NCBI RefSeq assembly: GCF_009834535.1
Contig: NC_045696.1
Span: 114,702,001-114,766,000 of the forward strand
Origin: Camelus ferus
Taxonomy: Eukaryota
Direction: 5' to 3'
Length of the DNA: 64,000 nucleotides
Position 1 is the stretch's first letter, and each line of letters starts with the position of its first letter. The translations under genes and the position numbers were made by a program. The notes under the pieces were generated by a model. It was not told the DNA's origin. It made no database searches and was given only the letters and a program-made list of their open reading frames with translations. Positions 48,066 through 62,028 of the stretch are shown one piece after another.

Positions 48066-48653
48066 GTATTTTCTTTGATTTGATATATTTTAGCCTTGAA
48101 ATATTCAATTAAATCAATGCATCCATTTAGCTAGCCAGTTAGGCTCATGAAGGAATGGAAATATATCCCCTAGTAATAGAATAAGGATAGATCCTCAGGC
48201 AAATTTTCCTACCAAGAGAGATCCTGGTGGCAAATAGGATAAAAATGTCACTCTATACTGGAGGCTGATCAAGGAGAGAAACTGTACAAAGAGGCACTAA
48301 GAGCAGTGTTATTTGTGGGGAAGCTAAAGCTGCATCCACCTCCTATCAGAGCCACTTCTCCAGGCTTTCCTGCCATGACTGTATTCTTACACTACACAGT
48401 AGAAGTACATTAATCAGATGATGTCGCATCAGCCTTATATTGATGGTGATGTCAAGGTATCTTGAACATATGTATCCAACACTCTTCCTCTAAATACCCA
48501 AGAGAGTGTAATACATTATGGGGAAAAAAAGTATCAGTAAGTACCATAGTCCAGGGAAGGTCTGAAAAAAAAAAGAAAAAACAATTACTGACTCCACATT
48601 TAGAATAGGTGAAATGAACAAATATGTAAGGAACACAGCTGAACCCTCAGGCC

Positions 48654-48833
48654 AATGTTTGGTAACCTGAGCATGCACTGGAATGATCTGGAACAGAAGG
48701 CTGAGCCCCACCCCCAAGGTTTCTGATTTAGTAGTTCTGGAGTAGTACACATTTTCAAGTGTAGAAAGATCTCAGGTGACAATGATGATGCAGTTGATTC
48801 TAGAGGTCTGGGACCACACTTTGAGACCCGCGG
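48654..48833 (-). mobile_element. MER5A hAT MITE
   Basis: gctgagccccacccccaaggtttctgatttagtagttctgg..gatgatgc..ggtctgggaccacactttgaga. Confidence 0.88.
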
Positions 48834-50457
48834 CCAACACAGAGAAGTGAAGCTGTGGAGCACTAGGGAGAAATCTCTAGCTAGTGTTCGTTTGGCAGGA
48901 GAGATAATGTATGGCATCCAGATACGCATATACCACCATGGAACGTATTCCCAGCTTATACTGAGCCTGGATGTTAGGCTGGGCATAACTGTGGACACTG
49001 CCACAGTTAGTTTGTAAGAATAGTTACTGAGAAGGCATCACTCATCAAGGAGCAATCTATTATATTGGCTCAGGAAAAGGCATCAGGTTAATGACAAGAA
49101 AGAGAATGTCTAAAGTTTCTACATTAAAAGAAAGATGTATAATTTATTAAAAACCTTATGGAGAGACAAAGAAAAAGTAAATTAAAAATTCATGCTAACG
49201 TCTAATTGAGGTAAACTACAGACATAGTTGGAGTTTAATCAGAAATAGTGAAATATCTAGTATATTTCTGCCCCCTGGTTGCCCTAATAATGTGTTTGCT
49301 CTCCAAGGTAATGAAATTATAATGACACTTGTAATGAAGAAAGTAATAACAAAGATCCTCTTTGGGGGGATTTCTGTGGAGGCTTGTTGGAAGGATTTAT
49401 AATGCACACATGATGATGCAATGATATTTAAATTGTACATGAAAGAGTAAAATTTAGCATACACAGGTGAGAAAGCTTCTTGATACTACTCACTCACTGC
49501 TTCTCCAGGTAAATGTTCAAGTCACTGGAGATGGTATGTCATGTAGCTGCATATATCCGTTATTCAGCTCACTGGCTTCATGTCTTGGGGAAAGCCAAAA
49601 CAGGTCACCAGGATGGGCAAAAGACAAAAATGCATTCTCTTGGAGATTCAGAACCGAAACAAACAGAGCAGCTGTTACTTAGAATCATCTCTTGATTGTG
49701 TTATTTCTATAGTATTTTTGTCCCAGGGAGTAATGGAAATAGAACAGAGAGTCAACAGCAAAAAAAAAAAAAAAAAAATGCTAGGAAAGGAGTGGGACTC
49801 TATTGCATCCGTCTTAATTTCTGGCTATCATATACAGAAATTATGCCAAAATTATACTCATAGGTGACCCCTTTTCTTATCTGTTGACGACTTTGGATCT
49901 TTCAATTGTCCATGTAAAACTATGAATGGATCTAAAATGTTCATTTTGACACTCACATGGGCATGTTACTTTCAGGTAGAGGTTTACGGAATTTCCCAAG
50001 TAGTTCCTCAGAGTAGTCCCAGCGCTGGGTAGTCAAGTGCCATTCTCCTTAAGGGTGAACTAACCAAAAAATATACGAATTAACCTAACTCGAGATGAAC
50101 TAACCTCACAATATCTAAATTAAAGCAATCTGGTCATCTATAAATAGACACAAAGCCTTTGACTTTTGTTCAACACTTAATTTCAAATTATATTGGAAAA
50201 AATAAAGAAATAGGGGATGAAAATGTAAGAACCCCAATACACAGCATTTTATTTTATATGTTAAAGCAACAGTGGCCAAAAAAATTACAAACCTGTCTCA
50301 GTGCTCAGAAGGTAAACTTTCCATATTCCGTTCTTTAAAAAAACTAACAACAGCAAAACTTTCAAAAGTATATTGTAATTTACCAAGAGATGAAGTTAGA
50401 AAATAATGGAGGTGATTGGAAGTACATTAGACACTGCAGAATTTGTCAGTTTGAAAC

Positions 50458-50808
50458 TGTCTCAATCTGTTTGGGTTGCTATAACAAAAACACCATGAGC
50501 TGGGTAGGGTAAACAACATTTATTTCTCACAGCTTTGGAGGCTGGGTCAAGGCACTGCCAAATTCAGTGTCTGGTGAGAGCCCACTTCCTGGTTCACAAA
50601 TGACTGCCTTCTCTCGGTCACCTCACATGGCAGAAGGGGCAAGGGCGCTCTCTGAGTCTCTTTGTAAGGGCACTCATCCCATTCCTGGGGGCTCCACCCT
50701 CATGACTTAATCCCCTCACCTCCTAATGCATCACATTGGAGGTTAGAATTTCAACCTATGAATTTGGTGGGGGCTTGGTGGGGGGACACAAATATTCAGT
50801 CTGTAGCA
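50458..50808 (-). mobile_element. MLT1A0-like MaLR solo LTR
   Basis: TG...CA ends, 351 bp, perfect 5-bp TSD GAAAC (50453-57 and 50809-13), typical MLT1A text. Confidence 0.93.
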
Positions 50809-50829
50809 GAAACCAATGGTAGGAATTCA

Positions 50830-51830
50830 TCCAAAACTCAGGGAAAAAATCCAATATGTGATATTCTTAGGGAGATAACAGAACACAGTATGTGATTATC
50901 TTGTGTGAAGATTAACCAATTCTTAATCAATCTTATAAATCCAACACAATTATGATACCAAAATCTGGGAATGATAATGGAGGAAAAGGAAATTCCTGAC
51001 CAATTCCCCATGTGAAAATTGAAATAAGTAAGTAAATATATATAAATAAAATATTAAAATCTAAGTTTTGCACATAAAGAGCAATAGTACCTGAATAGGG
51101 TAAATTTGAGGAATGCGAACATTTTTAGTATTACAAAGTCTGTTATAAAGCATCCCATCATGCAATAAAAAGTATTCTAAAGTGAAAAAAAGAGCAAAGA
51201 TAGCCATTATCACAAACTTCACAACGTTTAAAACAACGCGAGAAGTTCTTGGTAGTGGGATAAGATAGTGAAAAGGCATGATAATTTTAGCTATTGTAAT
51301 GAATCATATAAAGCTGTCATTATTTGCAAATAATATATTTAATCAACTGACATCTATTGGAAATACACTTCAGTAAGGTACTCCATTGTAAAAGCTATCC
51401 TGGGCCATCATTAATGTTTACATATGGTAGGATATAAAATTGAATAGAAAAACTACTCCATTTAATAATTTACTATTAAATTAATGTACCTTGAAATAAG
51501 ATTATCAAGAAATATATGGGACCCAAATGATATAAAATAAACGAATGAACAAACAGCTCAAAGGGGCAGATAATAAGCCTTGATGAAAATGTTATGTAAT
51601 AGTGCAACATTTTTCTCCAAATCAACATACATTTTTAGCAAATCACAATGAATATTTCAATGTTTTTTTTGAAGGAGGCTTTCAAAATGAATTTAAGTTT
51701 ATTTGAAAAAAAAATAAATCAATAATACTGAAGACAGTTTTGACAAAGAAGTGTAAGAGTGAATAGAAGAGAAGGAAGTAAGGATTGCATTAAGAAAAAA
51801 GGAAATAAAGCTAAAATCATCAAAGCACTG
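50830..51830 (+). mobile_element. Ancient L1M ORF2 remnants
   Basis: A-rich. aaagctgtcattatttgcaaataatat (degraded LSLFADD region) and ttctccaaatcaacatac. Confidence 0.55.
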
Positions 51831-52136
51831 ATAATCTGAATTCAGTAACTAAATATTTAGTATATATAAGGAAGGATGGAGTGGCAGATCTAGTTCAATT
51901 TGTCATGGTCTGATATTTAATATGGATGGACTTTTAGCACCAATGAACTTAGTTACATTCTGTTTTTGTCCTTTCCCTTTCCAACCTATTCACTGGGGAT
52001 TGATTTGAGGTTTTCAGTTTGGTGTAACTGACAGACATGGTCGATGCAGCTGCAAATTTCTAAATGCTTTGCCCAGATCTGGATCATGAAGAAGAACACT
52101 GCACAGAATTACTAGCAGATTTCTGGCAGGAACATC

Positions 52137-52349
52137 AGAGAGGAAAGAGAAGAAGACATAAGATAAAATAAAGAGAGGAGGAAGATGTACACAAAAGGCA
52201 GAGAAAGGAGAAAGAAGAAAGAGAGAAGGAGGGAAGAAGGAAGGGAAAGAAAAAAGGGGCAGAGGGAGCAAGAGAAAAAATGCAGGTAGAAGAGAAGGAA
52301 AGAAGGAGGAAGGAAAGAAGGACAGAAAGAAAAAGGAAGGAGAAAAAAA
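52137..52349. repeat. GA-rich low-complexity purine tract
   Basis: About 210 bp almost entirely A/G on + strand. Confidence 0.9.
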
Positions 52350-52855
52350 TGTTACTGAGTCCAAACTCATCTGCTCGCTGCATGACCAGCCATTAAATTA
52401 GGGTATGAGGTGTTGGGGCGAGGAATAATGACTTTATTGGGAAAGCCAGCAGACTGAGAAGATGGCAGACTCATGTCCTGGAGAACCATCTCCTCCAAGT
52501 CAGATTTCAGGCTCCCCCTATACCAAAAAGAGGAGGTGGTTGTTGCAATCCTTTGTTAAAATCCTTTGTTCTTGCATCTGTCCAGGTAGGTCAGGTCATG
52601 ATGTCCTTGTAAACCTCCAACAAGACAAATGTTATTTTCTGTTCTGCAGCTTTTTATCTTTATATGAATGGGAAAGTGTCATTTCCTTAAAGGTCAGAGC
52701 CTTGAGAATGGGCTGTCCTGTATATTTCAGTCTCTAGGCAACAGTCTTTTACAAAAGGTGCAGAACCAGCATGACTCAGCGCAGGTAACAGAGCAGAGGG
52801 TTAGAGGCAAAGGAACAGATCCAATATGGAGTCAGATTTGTTCTTTTCTATTACA
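52350..52855 (-). mobile_element. ERV1-class solo LTR, relatively young
   Basis: 506 bp with terminal TGTTA..TTACA ends, AAAA flanks consistent with a 4-bp TSD, and AATAAA on - strand at ~52433-52438. Confidence 0.85.
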
Positions 52856-52899
52856 AAAACAATGAAAATGAACTATCAGTATAGAGAGAACTGTGCAGG

Positions 52900-53700
52900 T
52901 AACTTAACAGAAAAAAGATCCTAGAAGCCAGTAGAGTTTAGAATATAATAGAAAAGCTATTGAAAAGAATAGATATTTAGAAAATGGAATATGGGTAATT
53001 AGTTAATATCGGGGATGTGGAAGTTGGGTTACTATTTCAAATTGTGTGGTCAAAGCAAAAACAACAGTTCACACAATTTGCAAAATATATGACAAAAATC
53101 AAAAGCTTGTCATATATGAAGACATCTTATAAATTAAAGGGAAAAATTAAAACACTCAATAGAAAAAGTGGGCAAAGGTCATTAGTACATGATTTGTGAA
53201 AGATAAATGTAGTCAGTATGAAGAATATTTAAATAGGGTAGTAATAAAAAATGTAAAATGAAGTATGAGTGAGTGAGCATTTGTTAACTTAAATTTTGGT
53301 AGGATGAACACACACAGAAATACACACTAATTCTGGTAAAGATGTGAAGAAATGGGCTTTATGCACTCTTGCTATTGGTGTATTTCTGGAAGGCGGCTGG
53401 GAAATATGTGTGTATACATCGACTTGGTGTAATTTCTCTGTTAAAAATTTATCCAAAGGCCATAGTTACAAGGGCACACCCAAATATACATTTTGGTTAG
53501 TGGACATGATTAAGAAAATCTTGACAGGTCCATGCTATGCAGTACTCTAGAACCATACAGAGCTCTCAAAGATTTCAAGATCTGAAATGCCTAGAACATA
53601 TTTGTAAAGAGAACGGAAGATTTTAAACTTGCACACATAGTGTGTGCTACACTTTTACTTAGTAGTCATTGAATATACCTTGGAAGATTCTTCACTGATG
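52900..53700 (+). mobile_element. Ancient L1ME 3' ORF2 remnants
   Basis: caatagaaaaagtgggcaaagg, tttctggaaggcggctgggaaatatg, aaaaatttatccaaagg. Confidence 0.55.
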
Positions 53701-56700
53701 TAGTTTTAACTTTGCTTCTTTTCAGTTTGATGCATCTTGGAAAAATTTGATACACCTTTAAGACGTGGTTAAATGGGCTGATCTCTAAGGCTCCCGCTGA
53801 CTTGAAAATTCTCTTGTATCCTGTTTTTGCCTCTTCATTTCCTCCCAGCCCTGCTTGCATTCCCTGTAGCTCTGCAAACAAGACTGGTATAGGACAGAGG
53901 TGCTTAGTGGAAGGCACACACTTTCTTCCCTGAGTGTCTGATCAGCTTTATCGCTTCTGGTCTTTCCCAACTATCTGGCTGTGATTCCTGGTTCACTTCC
54001 TTTTCTGAGAATCTATATACGTTCATAAAAATTGCTTTCATAAGAGTTTCTGGAAGTAGTTCCAAAATTGGAAAACCACTGTGGGTGGGAAAGTTGGGAT
54101 GTTGTGGAGTATAATCTCATGGCCAGATACATGTATGACATTCCATATGGAAATTTTAAATTAGCAATTTTTGCAGATCCCTTAAAGAAATTTTTTCAAA
54201 GCTCCAAAAAGAGAAGCAACAAATATTCAAGTTTTTTTTTTTAATTAATGGAAGGGAATGTTATTCTTTTTAAAACTGCATGCTTTGCTGATATAATGCA
54301 AATTATGCATTGTGTAAGAGATCATAAATAAAATTTTAAAGATTTTTCTGTGGATCGTTGAATAGTAATACTGTCAGAAAAGGAAAGAAAATGAAGGACC
54401 CTCCCTTTGCAATTCCCTTTGATTAGAAGCTTTTCTGATGTATTGGTCAGATGATTTCAGTGTGCATCCAAGGTTGAAAAACACCCGGAAAAAGAGAGCC
54501 TCTTAATTCTTCCTTCTAAGCTTCATTGTATTCATGAAAATTCATTTGTGTTCTTAATGAGATTCCAAATGCTTGGAACCTTGGCAAATATTTTTCTCCT
54601 CTCCTTTTTCTATGACAGGTAAATCATCAGAAAATAAGCACATATTTAGATCACAGGCATGTGTGCCGACGTGTGTGAAAATCAACTTTTCAGGGCATGG
54701 TCTCGGACAGTTTATTGACACAGAATTTCTAAACCTATTACATCCACATTTACAATGGCCCCTGATGTTTGCTTTTATGGTATTGAGGGGGCACAAATGC
54801 TTTCAAGCAACAAGACAATAATACCAATAACAAAATTTCATTTATAGTGAATGTATTCTTTTTGTGCATGGGAATCCACAGTTATATTTTTAAATGATGT
54901 TCATTGAGATGATTGAAACAAAATGAGTATTTCCAGAACATTCAGGAATTCAGGGTTCCACTAACTGGTATTTTTTAAAAATAAGATTTTGTTTGGTTTT
55001 GTTCATCATGCTTTATATAAGAGTGCAAGTATTATTCGTACGTTACACATTGTAGAAGCAGCATTAGGAAAATGTCAATTAGCCGATCTTAAAGTTAAAC
55101 CCAAAATACATTTGCCAGATTTTATAAATTGATAAATAATAATTCCAAAAGTGCCCTACGCATTATAAAAAAATCAATACCTTGAATCAAGAAAGATTAG
55201 AGTGTTAACTTGTACACTCCTGTAGTTTCTTATTTTAAACCTTCCCATTGTGTCCTTCCTTTATCTGTTTATAAAGGAAATGAATTTAAAAAGAAATACC
55301 CTGGGGAGACATTAAGACCTGATTGATTCCTAGGGGACCAGGTCACCTGAATTTATGTGTCGCTTCTGTTTGGTGGAATATGCTTTGCAATAAGATTTAC
55401 ACCAAATACTTCTTCAAGGATTAAATGATGATATTAATACTAGAGATGTAGTTTAGGGACACTTTGTCACTTGGATGAGAGCAAATTCCTATCGGCTGAC
55501 AGCCCAGTCTTTGCAGGACAGTCAAGCGAATATCACTTTCCAATTAGACAATTTCTTCCTACTTCATTTTCAATTCCTCAGTAGGGAAACCATGACATAA
55601 AGTAAGCCCTTAAATTTCAAATATATCCAGTATTTTCCCACCAACTACATGGAAAATATTTTTCATTTGTGATCATCGAATGTCTCTACTTAAATCCATG
55701 AAGTTGAAAATAGAGAGGGGTGAACTGGAGGATGAGCATTGAGTGAGAGTCTTACCACCAAAAACACTGCTGCTCAACTCAGAAGCACTGACAAGGTAGT
55801 CTACTTGAAGATACCGTAACCTTAATCACCAAACTGATGGCTCAGTTGGTTTACCAAGGACCTCTAATCACCATTGAAAAGTTTCTTTTCCTATCTTTTG
55901 AGTTTGCGCAAGGCCAGTTCCCAATGACTTACTCAGCAACATTTAACTCATCATTCAGGAACTCAGACACTTATTCTGTAACCTTTTCTCCTCTTTGCTT
56001 ATTTCCTTCTGCCTCTCATTCCTTCCATCTTCACTTCTTTGTGCCATTTCTTTTTCCTGTCTGCCCTTTTAATGGAATAAAATATTCTTCTATCTAAAAT
56101 GATTTTGGTCTGTCAAAATGAGACTCTCTCCCAGATCAGATTTTCTTTTTTAAGCCTACCAGATTCATATTCTTCTTCCCTGCCCTGACACTCTTGAATT
56201 ATGACTGAGTTTTTCCTCTCGTTTCTTTCCACAAGAATGAATGATTCATAGAGCAGGAATGCTGAAGTGGGAAATAACTCGGTGTGGATGCGATGTCGTT
56301 GACTCATACTTGCTTTTTCTTCATTTCACATGTAATGAAAAGGGTTTTCAATTGTGGCTGTGCCTTTGAAATTAAAATCAGCCATTGTGTCTAAAGGTTC
56401 TAGAAGAATCACTATTCTTTGCGGTCTGCCATACCAGTCAGAATCGGTGCAAAAAGTTAAGAGCATTTAAGAGATAACATGTGCTTATTGATAATACTTA
56501 AGTAAAGGAGAGGATTCCTCTTCACTGGTGGATGGAGAATGGCAATCGTAGTATCTTGTTTCAAGTAAGTGTAAGAGGATGTTGGATGTTAGTTAATTTT
56601 CTTGTCATCTTGAAATTATAGCCAAATATCCACCCATAATAAAAAGAACCACCAGACACATCATAATGACCTCACAAGAAAGGAAGAGAGAAATCTCTTG

Positions 56701-57532
56701 ACAAGAATAATATATTTCCAGTCGCTTGTGACCCTGGAACTCGTCTACATCTTTAAGAAGAAGGCAGGGAGTGCTGGTGAGGTTCCTGTAACTGGATCTG
56801 ATGTTCTTTAATGAGGTCACTTATGATGGTCTGCTCTCTTTAACTACAGTCGTCTGGGTCCTGGCACTCCATAAAGATGCCTTCCCCTGTTTGGATGTTG
56901 TCCAGGGAAACTTCTCAGCTCAGCCTCTTGAGGCTGCTTGAATCTTCTTATCCCAGCCTTTCTCTTTATACGTTTTTCTCTTTCTCCTTTGGGTCTCTTG
57001 GACCCATAGCCCTGGTTCTACTCTCACCGCTACCAATTTTGCTGTCTTCTTCTGCCCGACTTCTTCCAGCTCTGTCTTCATTTTATTTTTTTACTTCTGT
57101 TTTGGGAAGTTTTAAGGTAGATTTGGTGTGGAAAAAGTAAAATCTGCTGCCAAGAATTAGAATTTTGAGCTGTCTCAGGCTTTCTAAGGATAGAAAAAAA
57201 AATCAGCACAGATAAATGCAATGCAGTGATATGTGACATTATGTTTAAATAGTTTGTGTTTATAATTTCTGTCTGTCATTACCAACTATGTAAAATAAAG
57301 TAATAGTTGAACATGTGGTTGAAATAATCTCTTGTTATTTCTGATCATTGACTCATACAGTCTATTTTCAGGTGCGAAATTTTGGAACAGAAAAAGAGGC
57401 TAAAGTTTTGCCCTTTGTTATATAAGTCTATTCAATATTTCTTGCCTCTGATGTACTCATAGTGATAATTTTTGGTTTCTATGAGAGTACCCTCCCTAAG
57501 CAGCAAAGGGCAGTACTTCAGTTTAATGAACC

Positions 57533-57558
57533 AAAAAAAAAAAAAAAAAAAAAAAAAA
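57533..57558. repeat. poly(A) tract
   Basis: 26 consecutive A. Confidence 0.9.
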
Positions 57559-60500
57559 GGGAGGGGAGATGCGTTTGTGTCAGCAGTAGTGAAATACAGG
57601 CTAATAATTAGGAAAGTCACATTTCTTTATTGTGATTTTTTTCCAACATTTCCTGAATGCATTTTCCCACTTAATCCATAAAGTAGCACTGATACGAGCA
57701 AGGAGTGCATCACCGTCATCAGTTTTCAAATACAGTATTTGTCTTAGCATCTTTAAATGGCCAAAGATTTGGTAGAGCTGGGTGTCCAGTGTAGGTCTTA
57801 TGATTCTTGGTCCAGGCCTGTGTCTGCTAGACTCTCTACCTCTTTGTGAGATCACTCTGCCAGGGAGAGCAGCATCAAAGCATTTACCAAGTGTACAAAT
57901 CATTAAAGTATATAAATCATAAGAGTGGCTATCACAAATTATCATGTCCAGGTCAATTAAAGCACACTCTTATTGGAGGATGAATCTTCCTAATTTAAAT
58001 TCTGAACTGTCATATAAAGAATTGAATTCCTAGTGCTTCCTCCATGGACAACCCAGAAGCAAGGACATCCACGCCACAAACACAATGGGATTCATTCATG
58101 AAGAAACAGTTTTCCTTTTCTCTTTGGCCAGTGCCCATCATGACTATCACCATTTCAATTCTCATAATTCTTTAAAGAAAATTAATACGTTAATTTATTC
58201 AAAGTTGTCTACTTTGGCATTGTGCCAGGAGTGTCTGTTGATATCACGTAAGGTGTGGATTTTCTATCATTTTTAAAGTTCGTAAAAATACCACTTTTGC
58301 TTTTTTCCTATTCTAAACATTACTATCAAAGGTAAAATATATTTGCTTAGGTAAGAATATTAATCTGGCTTTTAACTTTTTGACGTGGCCAAAAAAGTCT
58401 ACAACTCCAGGATTGGTATAGAGTGAGTGCATTTTTCAACCTTGGCATAAGTGAACTCTGTCTTAAAAACACCTCAATTTCACCCTGATAAATACAATAT
58501 AAGCCTCAAAGAACCATTGTACTCTGTAATTACCCTGATTAAAGATGAATAAAAATGGTTTCATGGCAATCAGAGGGCTCTCAAACCCTCCTGTGTTATC
58601 AGCCATCATCTCCATGCTTCTATCCTGCAGGTGTTGGTTGAAGTCGAGGACTAGTTATACCCTCCTGACAGCCTCTGATTAATATCTTTTTTTTTTCATT
58701 CTGCAAGAGCTCATCAGATTTTTAATTTGCTAATCAGGTTTCCCTTTGATTAATGCCATAGTAATCATTTAAGGAAATAGAATACAATGTTAAATGTCCT
58801 TCGCTGAACATAAGCTCTGACTACTATAGTGGAAGCATTTATCTTCACTATGTAGTACCACTAGGTATTCGTAATTGAGAAATAACAATAGAATGATCAT
58901 AAAACCCAGCGGACAAATGTGGCACATTTGATTTTAAATTTTAGATTAGTGATAACCGTGGGTTCATGGGATTCAGGTTCAATGAAAGAACCTTTCAATA
59001 AGCATGACAGCTGGCCCCTGGGTTTGCCTTACCCTCTAATCAATAGGTCTGTGGTGTACACACCCCTCTTGTTTTCTTATCCAATCAAATTCTGTTGTAA
59101 TTTATTACATTGATCACAAACGTTTTCAATTTTGATGGTATTTTTGATAGCTCTGTCATTCTGAAGTCTTGTTAAAATATTCTTGAAGACTTCAATATTT
59201 TAACTAAAGGGACTAAGAAAGAAGACATTTAAAACCATGCAAATTAACTTTGTTTGAATCCCAGCCAACTTTTTCATTTCTACCAGATGACTAAATAGGA
59301 AAGATTATCTTAAGTGCAGAGGGTTTCATTCATACATATTTTACTTCCATTTTTTTCAAAATTAGTAAAATGAACACATTTAGCATCATCAGCAGGAGAT
59401 ATTATTTTCATGTTCAATCAGCCAAACTGTTAGAAAGCCAAAGGAATTTAACATCTTGATTGCAATGCACTCTTGGCCAACCTTGGTGAAACAGTTCACA
59501 CATAAATGAGGTTAAGTGGTGGGTCATTAAAAATCATAACCAATTTACAGGAGGCTGAATTATCCATGCTTCCTTCGGGGTCTATACTGGACACTCTGAA
59601 TAGTCTTTGTTAAACTTATTGTCTCAGTCATTATTTCCAGGCCTATGATTTTCTGTGAATCATTAGTTTGTCCTCCATATAGATTATTATGAGATATTAT
59701 GGTGTCCTCATGGTTAAATTACAATGACAAATGAGATCTTCTTCCATACTATCCGCTTAAAAAAGGCAAAACAGCTGATTCTAGTCTTAGTGTCTAGGAA
59801 GACAGAGGCCATAAAATACCATTTACTACTTTTTCTTTCTCCTCTGTGCTGTATTCTGATGGGACTTAAGTTTTGTTGAGATGGAGGTGAAGAAAATAAA
59901 ATCAAATTTTAAAAAGTCCATTTTAGATGTGTCCCTTCCAGGATAAGGTGGTAAATTTGAGGAGATTCTTGAATTAGAATCAGTCAACTTGAAATATTAG
60001 ATAGATAGAAATATTGTTTATATGCTAACTAAACTTATACTCTGGTGTATATTACCCAAAAGCCAAGAATGTACTTGGCTAATGGTAGCATTTGATGGTG
60101 ACCAATGTCTCTACTCTACCTTTCCTGCTTTCTGTGAAAAAAAAAAAAAGTGCCCTTAAGTGAAAAACTATGCCTTGTCCATAGCACCCATAGCACACCT
60201 TTCTGTCTTACCTGATTCTGACCCAGTGGGAGTTATTCTACAATTCTGTAAGCTGTAGATAAACTGTACAGAAGCAGTGGAAATTCAGCTGAATTCATTT
60301 CCCATGCTGTGAAAAGACAGTTTTGCCTCTGTTGGCACATTCGTTTCAAATTCCTAACCTATAAATGTGTCTGTTTCTCAGATTCTCTTTTAAACCACTT
60401 ACAACATCTTCCTGGTTTCTCCATTGATTCGTTGGAATAAAAACTATAAATCATATTCATTTTTATATCTATATTATGAGAATCAAGATTGTCAACCTTT

Positions 60501-60617
60501 TTAAATTTTTTTTTCAAATTTTAATATATATTTTTATTAAAGTACAGTTTACAATGTTCTGTAAATTTCTTGTTTGTTTTTTTTTTAAATTATCTTTTAT
60601 CACTCCTCTCTCTAGGA

Positions 60618-60825
60618 CAGGTTTCCTCATCTTCAGTACTGTTACTACTTTGGATCAGATAATTCTTGTTGTGGGGGCTGTTCTGTGCATTGTAGGATAC
60701 TTAACAACTTCTCTGGTCTCTACCTGCTTGATGTACCTCCTGATATGTGGCAACTAGGAATGCCTCCAGGCACTGCCAAGGGTCCTGTTGAGAATATTTT
60801 AAGTAACCGCTGATTGGGAACCTTG
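60618..60825 (+). mobile_element. MER20 hAT MITE
   Basis: tttggatcagataattcttgttgtgggggctgttctgtgcattgtagga. 8-bp TSD ctctagga/ctctaggg (7/8 match). Confidence 0.92.
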
Positions 60826-61401
60826 CTCTAGGGTAAAATATAAATGCTATAATTGCCTACAAAGAAAATCAATGCCCTCTGCTCATTTATTCATGTAACC
60901 AATGTTTACTGAGTTTTTAGGAGTTTTGCAGAAGAATTCCATTGAGGATCATAGACTCTCTTTGCAGATTCTTGTTTACTTTTTGGTCCTTGAAAACATT
61001 CTTAGTTACTTTAGGACATTTTTCCTTTCCTTGTTTTATCTGTTTCTCTTTTTATCCTATCTCTTTCCTCAACTTGTTTCATTTGTGAGTTAAATAATGA
61101 CCTTGGTCCTAGCATAAGAAGGTGCTGTATATCTAGGAAATGTCAGCAGTCGGTGTGTAAGTGAAGATGATCATCATTAACATGTTCCTCTGTCCTCTTT
61201 GAGAGTTCCTGAAAGTTGGCCACAAGTGAAGGATTAAATGAGAAACGATATGAACATTTAGAATATATTTTGCCATGTAGTATGTCATTTGTGTTAGAAA
61301 AGATACAGATATTTAAGACGTGTCCAAGATACCATAGTTGAGCTTACCTGTAACAAAGCCGAATGAGAAAAAAAACTGGTCGATAGAAAACAAATACAAC
61401 T

Positions 61402-61651
61402 GAAGGGAAAAGGTGGGGTGATAAATTAGGGATCTGGGATTAGCAGATACACACTACTCTATATAAAATAGATAAACAACAAAGCCCTACTGTTTAGCAC
61501 AGGGAACTATAATCAATATTGTTTAGCACAGGGAAATATAATGGTAAAGACTATGAAAAAGAATGTATATGTATATAAAACTGAATCACCATGCTGTACA
61601 CCAGAAACTAACATAATATTGTAAATCAGCTCAACTTCAATTAAAAAAAAA
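61402..61651 (+). mobile_element. L1 3' UTR (artiodactyl/camelid type)
   Basis: gataaattagggatctgggattagcagatacacactactctatataaaatagataaacaacaa.. followed by an A tail. Confidence 0.93.
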
Positions 61652-61907
61652 GAAAGCGAAGACAGATATACCAGATCTTCAATGTAATAAACCAGTCATA
61701 TAATTTTCAAATGGTCTCAGTCAGAATCAGAGGATAAATAATTCTTTCTTTCAAAGACCGTGGCTGGTGTGCACCATTGCTGAGTGCCCTAGTGATGGCT
61801 TCTGTGGTCCTGATGTTGGAAAACTGGAGCTTCCATCCATGAAGTCACAACAGTTACCATTTCCTTTTACTGCTATTTCATGTCCCCAAGCTAAATAATA
61901 CATTTTT

Positions 61908-62028
61908 TTTTTTAATTGAAGTACAGTCAGTTTATAATGTTGTGTCAATTTCTGGTGTTCAGCATAATAGTTCAGTCATACATATACATACATATGTTTG
62001 TCTTCATATTCTTTTTCATTATAGGTTA
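61908..62028 (-). mobile_element. Short young L1 3' end
   Basis: poly(T) plus antisense 3' UTR. Perfect 17-bp TSD ctaaataatacattttt at 61891-61907 and 62029-62045. Confidence 0.94.

Noticed and set aside
52014..52383. Hydrophobic F/S/L-rich membrane-like ORFs
   Set aside because: Antisense translation of the GA-rich tract.
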